A stretch of DNA of 64,000 nt from Macrostomum lignano. Lineage: Eukaryota. Below the pieces are notes generated by a model. The model was not told the origin of the DNA. It saw only the letters and a program-made list of their open reading frames with translations, and searched no databases. Below, piece after piece: positions 10,374-22,300 of this stretch. The position numbers and the translations under genes were made by a program. The stretch covers positions 208,473-272,472 of the forward strand of contig NIVC01000927.1 in the NCBI GenBank assembly GCA_002269645.1, in the 5' to 3' direction. Numbering within the stretch: the stretch's first letter is position 1; every line of letters starts with the position of its first letter.

Positions 10374-13300
10374 CTGCGGGTTGTGGAGGGGGGGCGAATT
10401 ATTTATATTTATAACATTGGAATTGGCTGTTCAGTGTCTATGAGCGAACCTGTGTGCCTTCACCTGATACTGTCTATGGCCGAGACCCCCACCTGCACCA
10501 TTCATGCAGCCCCATGCACCCTGACACACTGTCTATGGCCGAGACCCCCACCTGCGCCATTCATGCAGCCCCACGTACCCTGACACACTGTCTATGGCCG
10601 AGACCCCCACCTGCGCCATTCATGCAGCCCCACGTACCCTGACACACTGTCTATGGCCGAGACCCCCACCTGCGCCATTCATGCAGCCCCACGTACCCTG
10701 ACACACTGTCTATGGCCGAGACCCCCACCTGCGCCATTCATGCAGCCCCACGTACCCTGACACACTGTCTATGGCCGAGACCCCCACCTGCGCCATTCAT
10801 GCAGCCCCACGTACCCTGACACACTGTCTATGGCCGAGACCCCCACCTGCGCCATTCATGCAGCCCCACGTACCCTGACACACTGTCTATGGCCGAGACC
10901 CCCACCTGCGCCATTCATGCACCCCCCACGTACCCTGACACACTGTCTATGGCCGAGACCTGTGCCACTCACGCAGCTTCACGCACCCTGACACACTGTC
11001 TATGGCCAAGACTCCACCTGCCCCATTCACGCAGCCCCCACGTACCCTGACACACTGTCTATGGCCGAGACCATTGCCGAGACCCCCACCTGCGCCAATT
11101 ACGCAGCTCCATGCACCCTGACTGTCTATGGCCGAGACCCTACCTGCGCCAATCACATGTATAGTTACCTGGCGGCTCCGCCTTGATAAGCGGAGGAGGC
11201 GGCAGCAGCGGCGGCGGCAGCTGCGGACGCATAATTAGCGTAGTTGATTGGCTGCTGCAGGTAGCTGAGCTGGTTGTAGGCCTGGTAAGCCAGCGGGCTG
11301 GCCGCCGTGGCGCCAGCCGTCGCCGCGTAGTAACCGTATGGCGTCATTAGAGCCTGCATAAAAAATATAGAAAATAAAACAGTTAGTTATTAATCTATAT
11401 TGATTGATTCTTTCATTGGGTTCAATTTAATTAAAATAATTGGCTTGGTGGTAGAGGGCCAAGTCTAAACCAATTGTCAGCTGCCCTAACCCCGGATATC
11501 TGTTGCTTTTGTGGTGTCCTGAACCGTGAACAAGCAACAATGCTCTTTCATTCCCGAATGTTTGCTGCAGTAAGGCTGCACGCGGATGATCCCACAGTCA
11601 CGCCAAGCTGATTTCCCTGGCTGGTTCCCGGGATTTTCCGTTCCGCATCCTTTCGTTGCAGCTGGCGGGGTGGCCTGTGAATCGCTGATTTATTGACGGA
11701 AGCCTTGCTGGTGTGGCGCTTCTCACGCAGGTGAGGTCAGCTTGAGGTTTGTTCGGGGCTGTCAGGGTTTCAGGTGCTCGGGCACAAACTTGGCTATCAG
11801 TGACTGTGCCAGAGACTGGCTATCAGTGACTGTGCCAGAGACTGGCTATCAGTGACTGTGCCAGAGACTTGGCTATCAGTGACTGTGCCACAAACTGGCT
11901 ATCAGTGACTGTGCCAGAGACTTGGCTATCAGTGACTGTGCCAGAGACTGGCTATCAGTGACTGTGCCAGAGACTTGGCTATCAGTGACTGTGCCACAAA
12001 CTTGGCTATCAGTGACTGTGCCAGAGACTGGCTATCAGTGACTGTGCCAGACAATTGGCTATCAGTGACTGTGCCACAAACTGGCTATCAGTGACTGTGC
12101 CAGACAATTGGCTATCAGTGACTGTGCCAGAGACTGGCTATCAGTGACTGTGCCAGACAATTGGCTATCAGTGACTGTGCCACAAACTTGGCTATCAGTG
12201 ACTGTGCCAGAGACTGGCTATCAGTGACTGTGCCAGACAATTGGCTATCAGTGACTGTGCCACAAACTGGCTATCAGTGACTGTGCCAGACAATTGGCTA
12301 TCAGTGACTGTGCCAGAATGTCTCAGTGACTCACCGTGGCATTCTCCTTGTCGTTGCTCTCCTTGCCCCAGGAGCACTTGCAGGGCTGGCCGCCGACATC
12401 CTTGCCGTGCATGGTGATGATGGCCTTGGTTGCGCCCTCGTGCGTGTCGAAGCGGACGAAGGCGTAGCCCTTCTCTTTGAACACGCGGACTTCAAGGATC
12501 TCGCCGAAGTCTTTGAATGCTTCTCTGAGCAGCTCCTCTGCAAGTGATAGGAATATAGGATCAATAAGAATTCTGATTTCTTTTGGGATTGATCAGAATG
12601 GGGTTTGGGATCGATCAGAATTAGGTTTTTGGATCGATCAGGATGGGGTTCGGGATCAGTCAGAGTGGGTTTTGGGATCAATCAGAGTGGGCTTTGGGAT
12701 TGATGAAGATTGGTTTTGGGATCGATCAGGATTGTGTTTTGGATTGATCAGGATTGGGTTCGGGATCGATCAGGATTGGTTTTGGGATCGATTAGGATTG
12801 GGTTCGGGATCGATTAGGATTGGGTTTGGGATCGATTAGGATTGGGTTCGGAATCAATCAGAGTGGGTTTTGGATCGATCAGGATTTGATTTGGGATCGA
12901 TCAGGATTGGGTTCGGGATCGATCAGCATCAGTTTAGGTATCAAATTGGGACTCACCGCACAGCCCACGCGTGATGCCGCCAACGTAGACAGTGCAGTTT
13001 GAGTTGGAGGCTGCCTGAGCAACTTCATCGTAGTTCAGCGGTTTCTGATCGGCTGCAATTTTGAAAAAGTTTTACAGTTCTCAACTGAAATTTGGTTAGA
13101 ACACTTGGAATACACTGTGTAGACTGCGTCAGCCGCGCCAACAATGCCCGCCACCAGTGCGCTCAAAATTGAGAACTCCCAGCCGGAAACGGCTCCTTCT
13201 CTCCCTCTCTGACTGCTTCTTCAGCCTGATCCTTTTTTTTAAAAAGTCAGTCTCCACGCAGGTGGGGCCTCAACAGTGTTGGAATGGGATCCGTCAGGGC

Positions 13301-16300
13301 AGGATATCCTCTTCAGAGTCTGGTTGAATTCACTGGGTCTCTTCATTAGTTCTCCACCTGAGGTGCTCCGATTCAATTCCCTCAGAATTCTGGCCTGAGA
13401 TGAGGCTGAGGCGGGCGGGCCAACGTTCCCATTGTGAGCTGGGATTCTCCAATTTTCTTTAACAAAAGAACCAGCAGCCAGCCAGAGATCCCAGCGAGCG
13501 GTGCTAAACCGCTTTAACAGGATTCATCCATAGCCTCTGGCTTGAGTTCGGGCGCGTTGCTCAGATCCCGAGTCGAGAATGCGGAGAGCGAGAGGATCGG
13601 AGTTGAAAAAAGAGGAGAAACAAGGAGGGGAGGAGGGAAACACGTCACTCAAAGTCTCCTATGCAGACTAGTGCAGTGGCGGAGTCCCTGTCCGGCCGAT
13701 CAATAAGTATCGATATTGGACTGATCTCTGCAAGAAAGTTTTTTTTTACTTTTTTACCCTGCAGGGCAGCGCTGGCTGTCTACGTAATTTAATTGACTTG
13801 TGCGGGCGGGAGACAGCCCCCCCCCCCCTGCAGGCGTGCCTCCATCGACAGGCACTTGTTGACTAGTGGCTGTCCGAAGGGGATTGTGATTGCCACCTCA
13901 ATGTCCTCATGATCCTCCAGTGTCTGTCACTGCTGCTGCCACCTCAATGTCCTCATGATCCTCCAGTGTCTGGCACTGCTGCTGCCACCTCAATGTCCTC
14001 ATGATCCTCCAGTGTCTGTCACTGCTGCTGCCGCCTCAATGTCCTCATGATCCTCCAGTGTCTGTTACTGCTGCTGCCACCTCAATGTCCTCATGATCCT
14101 CCAGTGTCTGGCACTGCTGCTGCCGCCTCAATGTCTTCAGTGGTGCCGTGCCGCCATGGCCCCGGATGTTTCAATTCGCCTTTAATTTCGCCCTCTTTGC
14201 CCGCAGTGCAACGTCAATCATCCAGAAGTGCATGCGTCAGAAGTTCTACTAAAAAGCAGTCATGTACTTCGCATGCACTTGTACACCCCTATAGCCGTGT
14301 CTCTGCAAGAGAGGTAGGAGAGAGAAGTCGCTGGGCAGGGGCAAAGAATGGCTAAGTGAATTCACACACTTTGCGGGAGTCGCCTGGAACACCGGAAGTG
14401 AGCGCTGAGAAGCGGAGGGTACGGGGGAAGCAGATGTGTATGCGGATGGAGGCCCCAGTCTCCTCTCCTCTCACCGTGCCGTGCAACTTCTTCAACCATA
14501 GTTTTTCTCTCCTTCACGCAGCCAGCTGGTTACCCCATTCTCGCACTCCACAGAGTATCACGTGAGTCACGCTGCATGCGGGAGGCGGACAGAATTTTGG
14601 CATACATAAATGACTATAGTGTGCAGAGTGAGTCTGCGCCCTCGCGACGAAACCGCCAGCACGCCTGTTTAACAGCAGTCGCTGTCAGGGGCATCTCATT
14701 GTAGAGAGAGAGAGCGGATGGAGAAGATTTGGATTAGAGGGATTTGGGCTTAGACTGCGGACTGCTGCCCTTCCCCCTCCTCCTTGCCCTTCCCAGGTGA
14801 GGCGCAGCGCCAGCGATGGCGGAGGCTGAGGCTGGGCTTTTGTCAGCAACTGACAGGTCATGTTTTATGCAGCTGCCGGGGCCGCTTTGCTCTGCGCTGC
14901 TCCCACAGCTGAGCAGGTGGCTGAGCCCGGCAGACTCAGTGGCGGCTATTATACTGCCAGAGCTGCTGCTCAAGGTGAGGCCACCAAGCGGCATTCATAT
15001 TTCATGCGCAAACGCAAATGGACGGGGGGGCGTCGGTGCCGCATCATCGGTCCCGCTCTCAGAGCAGCTTCAAACAGCTCCACAACACTCCTCCCTGACT
15101 CAATTGTTCCTCTTTCTGATGGAGTTTATTTTTTGTGCGAGACATTTCCAATAGATAGCAGAGTCCAGAGTCTTCGCTGTAAGAGACCGTCGATATGGAT
15201 TGAAGCCTAGTAGTTAGAGTGTCGGGGGTTCGATTCCCGACCCACTCGGAACAATTTGTGTCATTGAGCAAGACACTCAACTCTGCATTGCTTCAATTCA
15301 CCCAGCCGTAGAATGGGTGCCAGCATTAGCTGAGGTAATTGAGGGTGTGTGTGGCGACCCCCCCCCCCAGTCTTTGGACTGAACTGCCGTACGCAGCTTT
15401 CAGATGCGGTCAGGTGTGATCAATTATTTATCATTATTAGAGTCCAGGTATCGATGGCTAGCCTATGAAAGCTCGGCCCCAACTCGTATTAGATCTGTCA
15501 GCTGAGCTCAATTCGCCTGAAAGAAAGACAGAGTCAGAGTCAGAGAGAGGGGCATCTGAGAAGACAGATCTAGGCAACAACTTGTGCGATGTTTGCACAA
15601 TGATGCTCCGTCTATATTGTATCTCAGAAAATTGCAGTCACGAACGGTACGCCTCCCAACCTTTCAGCATTTCCTGGCTCCGATAGAGAGCTCGGCTCGT
15701 GGTGGAAGAGCCTCGGTTTCTTGGTATTATCCGAGTGCACTGTGTTTATACACCAGTACATCCACTATACTCTTCTGGCGTGACAGTTGGTCAGCAGTCA
15801 GCACCCTGGCAGGTAGTTACGGTTGCCTGTAGAAAGTCAGGGCAGCTGTACACCCTGTGTGAGCGTGTGTACGAGTGAGTGCCTGCGGACAGTATTTGGC
15901 ATGCTTGTGTGCGCTCCCAATGCCGTTGGCTGTTGCGTTGGCGCTGCACCAACTTTGCTAACCCCTGAGCACCAGGAAACAAACAGGAGGGAGAAAAATT
16001 AGATTGAAAAGAGAAGAGCGGAGAGACAGAGACTGATGACGGACGTGCTTAGAAGTCTGGCCTGATCATCTCAGCTCAGCTCTGTCTGTAATAACTCAGG
16101 CCACCGCACAAGCACCTCATTGTGAGCTGCCACTTCTGCTCCCCGTATGCATGCCCTCCCCCCTCTCTTTCCGCTTCCTACGCCATCATTTTTATCGATT
16201 TCTTGTTTCCTTTTTTGCCTCCAGGCGGCTGCTCCTCCCATCCCTCTGGTGTAGGTCGGTGCTGGGGGGGGGGGGTAAAAAAGCGGAGGGATGAGTTTTG

Positions 16301-19300
16301 GGTTGGACCACGACAGGGCCAAGCTGTATAGCAGCGATCCATTGTCATGCAATGCGTTCAACTCTGCTGCTGCTGCTGCTGCTGCTGCTTCTAGCGCTGC
16401 TGCAGAGAGGTGGAGAGATAGCCAGGGGGGGGGGAGAAAGACCCTATATGGTATGGAATGCAACATTCTTCTGATATTTAGAGAGTGACAGAGTTGCCCT
16501 CCTTTCACCCTCAACTCACCCCTTCACCTCCAACCATATACAGCTTTCATCATTCTTTCTATAGCTTTATGGGGAAAATGGGCTTTGAATGGAAAACAGT
16601 GTTGTGGAGGAGGGCGGGGACAGTGAGACACGCGCTATTGTGGGCGCCTCTCATTCTGCATGGAAAGTCGGGGAACAAGAGTTCCATTAGGAGAGAGAGA
16701 GAGGCTGATGCTGAAGTGAAGATAAGGATGATGAGGCTTGATTATGTTTTTTAACAAAATTTCTCTATTGCACCATTTTCGACTTTGCCCTGCATAGGTG
16801 CCACCTCTATGCCCAGGCAATATCACTCAGCGAAAGCAGAAAATTTGTTTTAGTCCATCGTCATCCCATCCAGCAGCTCTATGCAATCAAAAACCCCACT
16901 CTATAGCCAAAGATAATTGAAACGCAACTAAGGGATGTTAATGAGATTAGAATGCGATGACCTGAAAGCTATTAAAGCAATTTATGATCCCGGGATCCGT
17001 AGCCACGCCATTGCTATGGCATCACTATAACAATGAGGGGCTGTAGCCTAGTCGATAGAGCGTCGGACTTACGACTAAAAGGTTGGGGTTCGATTCCCGA
17101 CCCACTCGGAACAGCTTGTGTCCTTGAGAAAGACACACCTAACTCTGCACTGCTTCAGTTCACCCAGCTGTAAAATGGGTGCCAGCATTAGCTGGGGTAA
17201 TTGAGGGTGTGTGTGGCGACCCCCCAGTCCTTGGACTGAACAGCCGTACGCAGCCTTCAGATGCGCCGCGCAATAGCTGCGGCTGAGCTGTCGGCTGCCC
17301 AATTGGGGCAGGTGTAATTAATTATTATTAATATTAATATTATCGCTACAGCAGCTCAAAACTGCAGAAGTCTAAAGTAGAATACTTCTTATTTCGATTT
17401 CGCTAAATGCATTCTGCATCTTTCTACTTGAGTTGTCCATGAAACAAGCATGCGTGATCAGCATCGATCGCCAATAATCATTCTACAGAACTCTTCCGGA
17501 CTTCAACTGGCGCGCTCTGCACTTTTTTGACTTCTTCTCCAGCTCCTGCTGCTGCAAATTTGGCCAGTGCTTTTCTCAAGAAGAGATTCCTCCCAGAACT
17601 CGGCCGCCTCCTACCCCCAATTTACACTGCGCTGGGGGGGTATCTCCCTGGCCACCGCCAAGCCGCCCTGCCATCTCATCCTCCTATTTCATTTCTCGAT
17701 CTCTTCAATCCCAGGCCCGCTCTTCCCTGCCTGCTTCTGCGGACTCTCTGATTGCCTGAATTCTGGCCATCGATTTGGCTCTCACTATATTATATCTATA
17801 CATATGCGTACCAGTGCGCCAAGTGCGTACTTATTACGTATTGGATTATATACATTTATATATACATATCTATCTGGGCTAAGCGCTGGCGCTATATTAA
17901 GGTGCCGCTGGTGGGATAGCAGCAGCTCCGGCATAAATTAGGGGGGGGGGCACAACCGCGGCGCTCAGCGGCAACGGCAAAACTTCACTTACCAATCCTC
18001 ATTCCTCATTGCCCCCGCTTAGCTACCCTTAGCTTATCTACCGAAGCTCATTAACATATTTTTAATTTTATGCCGCGTCGCCCTTATCAAAGTAATTTCA
18101 ACCATTATAGCAAACTTTGCCGCAGTCGGTCCTCGCGGGACCAACTCTTGAAAGTGTTAAATTAAAATGGCAGCATTTATGCTCTCTGCCCTGATTACAT
18201 CCGGCTTTTTAAAAATCGCAAAATAGAATGTTGATGGAAAAATTTCAATTTAATTACCGAAATTGCTTTTTTCTGCTTTTTTAAAGCAAATTCAACGCGC
18301 AGCAGAGAGGCAAATAGGAAATTGTCGTTTAAAAGCTAAGTAAACAAATTGAAACCGATTTTAAATGCTGTTATGAAGCTACTTATTAGATGGAATTTTA
18401 CTCCTGAAGCGAATAGTCAACTACGCTTTAAAAGTTCAAGACAATCAAGAAGTCAAACCTGGAGGCTGCGGTGGCTTCCTGACTGCCCAGTTGGTCCGGA
18501 TGGTTCTCGAGCCCAGCAGCTGGCCGTTCATCTTCTGCATCGCCTCCTCCGCTTCCTCCCTGTTGGCGTAGGCCACGAAACCGTAGCCTTTTGGCTTCTG
18601 GGTGTGCATATCCTTGATGATCTTGCACTCGCTGCGATTTGGGCGCGGAAAGTGGGGGTTGTCAATCGATGCGTTGTCTATGGCCTATGTACAGTAGCTA
18701 AGTTTTACTGTATTGATGAGAGGGTTGTCGACTTAATCGATCGGTGTGTTGTCTATGGCCTATGCACATTAGCTAAATGTAACATGTACAGTTACGTTAA
18801 ATTTTCTAACCCCTTATAGCGCGAAGTACGTAAAAGAGCGTATGTACATTTATACTATATATGTACACTAAATACTTTACAATGGTTTTCTTGGCTTTGC
18901 AATGTACATTTAAACTATCTTTCTCTCTAGCATAAGATTTTAAACCGCGTGAACCTCAGTCAGGCCCATCAATAACCGCCGATCGGGCCCGGGGAGTGCA
19001 ATAATTACTAGCCGACATTAAAACCGGCCCGAGAACGCTAAAAAAGTTAAGCGAAGACCCGAGTGTGAAGGTGAAAAAGTTGAGCTATAGGTCGAGCAGA
19101 TGATGATGGCTAAAGAAAACTGTGCCGACGCTGTGTGAGTAATGGCAATAAATCGCGCAGGAGGATGGCTTTGGCAATAAAAATGCCGAACCAACGGACC
19201 AAAACGGGTAAAAAAACGTTGTCGTTCGGATGCGGTAAGACTGCGCTGCTCTGCGGTGAGATGGAGCATTATTCAGTTCTCGATTTTCTCTGTGGGAAAG

Positions 19301-22300
19301 CGGGAGGTCCCTGGGAGAAATGCGATAAGGCGCGCGGAGGAGAGATGAACCACCGGCGCTGTCTTATCTTTCCTTGCACCGTTTTTATCCCCCCGTTTTG
19401 CCTCCTTCGCCCACTTAATTTTAATCGCAACCCCTCCCCCCCTGTTCGGAGGAGTCTGTGAAGGCCAGTTGAGCCCGCTATGCTTTCCCAGCCTCACAAA
19501 ACACACAGGCAGCGAACACACATTTCGCCAACTGGGATCTCATTATTTATACAGGTTGTTGGCCGCGAATTCCCACTGCGCTAGCCGCCACTGCCGTCCC
19601 AGTCCCGGTTACATGATCCCCTCAGCTGCTGGTGCTGCATCCTCGCCCCCTCCCAGCTGCTCATCTCCTATTTGGTTCCAAGACAATTATCAGTGTCGAA
19701 ATTCTCTTTAATTACTCAATACCCCTGGGAAGCCGTGTTCTCCCGTTTGGTTGATTATGCTGATCAATCGATTAATTGATTGGTTAATCTATGAACAGAA
19801 CTGAAAGTTTAACCTGTCAAGCGGTTCCGAGTAAGTGCATCAATAAATGTTGTTCTTCATCATTCTTATACTCAGCAGCAGCTGAACTCCCCGCCCTTTG
19901 GCTCATGCTACTGTAAAACGGGCGCCAAAGCTACTGTAAAATGGACGTCAAAGCTACTGTAAAAGGGGCGCCAAAGCTACTGTAAAAGGCGCCAAAGCTA
20001 CTGTAAAAGGGACGTCAAAGCTACTGTAAAAGGGGCGCCCCAAAGCTACTGTAAAAGAGGCGCTAAAGCTACTGTAAAAGGGGCGCCAAAGCTACTGTAA
20101 AAGGGGCGCCCCAAAGCTACTGTAAAAGAGGCGCTAAAGCTACTGTAAAAGGGGCGCCAAATCTACTGTAAAAGGGGCGCCAAAGCTACTGTAGAAGAGG
20201 CGTCAAAGCTACTGAAAAGGGGCGTCAAAGCTACTGAAAAGGGGCGTCAAAGCTACTGTAAAACGGGCCCCAAAGCTACTGTAAAAAGGGGCGCCCAAAA
20301 GCTACTGTAAAACGGGCCCCAAAGCTACTGTAAAAGGGGCGCGCCAAAGCTACTGCAGAAGAGGCGTCAAAGCTACCGTAAAAGGGGCGCCAAAGCTACT
20401 GTAAAACGGGCCCCAAAGCTACTGTAAAAGGGGCGCGCCAAAGCTACTGTAAAAGAGGCGCCAAAGCTACTGTAAAAGGCGCCAAAGCTACTGTAAAAGG
20501 GACGCCCCAAAGCTACTGTAAAAGAGGCGCTAAAGCTACTGTAAAAGGGGCGCCAAATCTACTGTAAAAGGGGCGCCAAAGCTACTGTAAAAGGGGCCCC
20601 AAAGCTACTGTAGAAGAGGCGTCAAAGCTACTGAAAAGGGGCGTCAAAGCTACTGAAAAGGGGCGTCAAAGCTACTGAAAAGGGGCGCCAAAGCTACTGT
20701 AAAAGGGACGCCCCAAAGCTACTGTAAAAGAGGCGCTAAAGCTACTGTAAAAGGGGCGCCAAATCTACTGTAAAACGGGCCCCAAAGCTACTGTAAAAAG
20801 GGGCGCGCCAAAGCTACTGAAAAAGGGGCGTCAAAGCTACTGTAAAAGGGGCGCCAAAGCTACTGCAGAAGAGGCGTCAAAGCTACCGTAAAAGGGGCGC
20901 GCCAAAGCTACTGTAAAACGGGCCCCAAAGCTACTGTAAAAGGGGCGCGCCAAAGCTACTGTAGAAGAGGCGTCAAAGCTACTGAAAAGGGGCGTCAAAG
21001 CTACTGAAAAGGGGCGCCCCAAAGCTACTGCAAAAGAGGCGCTAAAGCTACTGTAAAAGGGGCGCCAAAGCTACCAGAAAAGAGGTGCCAGCAACAGGGG
21101 CGCCAACAACAGGGGCGCCATACATTTTTAACTGCAATTAAGAGAAAGGGCCCGCGGAGTCCTGCCCACCCCTCCTTTGCTAAGCCCCATCATGACATCC
21201 AGATCCCCAACCGGTCGGTAAACTCTGGGACAGCTGGATCCACGTGACAGCGAGTTAGAGGGGGGGATAAGCTGCTGCAGAACCTGAAAGTTTAGACAAC
21301 GTGAGCATCGCTGCCGCCATCAGTCCTTGAATAATGATGCCAGAACGAGAATTGGCATAATGAGCTAATAACTTGTCTGCCGAGTTTTCAAGCCAGAACT
21401 TCCACAGAAAGGCCGGCCAGTCAGAACTGGAGGGAGGGAAGGACCGAAGCACTGTTTATTTTCAATCTAAAATCTCATTCCCACAGTCAGGAAGTCATCC
21501 CGGGACGCGGATAAAGATAGAGAGACAGACAGACAGAAAGCAGAGAAATTGCCTTCACCAACAGCTCTAAAAAATCTCGCCGAGAGTCCAAACTGCCAAA
21601 GAAAATGGAAGACTCTGCTTCTGCTCCGCTTAAAGTCTCGTTTGAGTAGGCAGGATTAGGCTTAGTACGAATTGAGCGTTTCAATTCAATGCCATTGCGT
21701 CAGTTTGTGTTAACGCAAAACGACGGTGACGGCCTCACAACCAACTTAGCCATTGGCTTGTCACTCTTATTCAGTTGTCTGATTTTTCAGCCCCCCCCTT
21801 TTCCAGAATCCCGAATCCAGAATCCCGAATCCAGAATCCCGAATCCAGAATCCCGAATCCAGAATCCCGAATCCAGAATCCCGAATCCAGAATCCCGAAT
21901 CCAGAATCCCGAATCCAGAATCCCGAATCCAGAATCCCGAATCCAGAATCCCGAATCCAGAATCCCGAATCCAGAATCCCGAATCCAGAATCCCGAATCC
22001 AGAATCCCGAATCCAGAATCCCGAATCCAGAATCCCGAATCCAGAATCCCGAATCCAGAATCCCGAATCCAGAATCCCGAATCCAGAATCCCGAATCCAG
22101 AATCCCGAATCCAGAATCCCGAATCCAGAATCCCGAATCCAGAATCCCGAATCCAGAATCCCGAATCCAGAATCCCGAATCCAGAATCCCGAATCCAGAA
22201 TCCCGAATCCAGAATCCCGAATCCAGAATCCCGAATCCAGAATCCCGAATCCAGAATCCCGAATCCAGAATCCCGAATCCAGAATCCCGAATCCAGAATC

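Noticed and set aside
17037-17343. Hammerhead ribozyme in the SINE (as in schistosome Sm-alpha)
   Set aside because: No CTGANGA...GAAA core on either strand; the nearest match CTGAAGG lacks the downstream GAAA.
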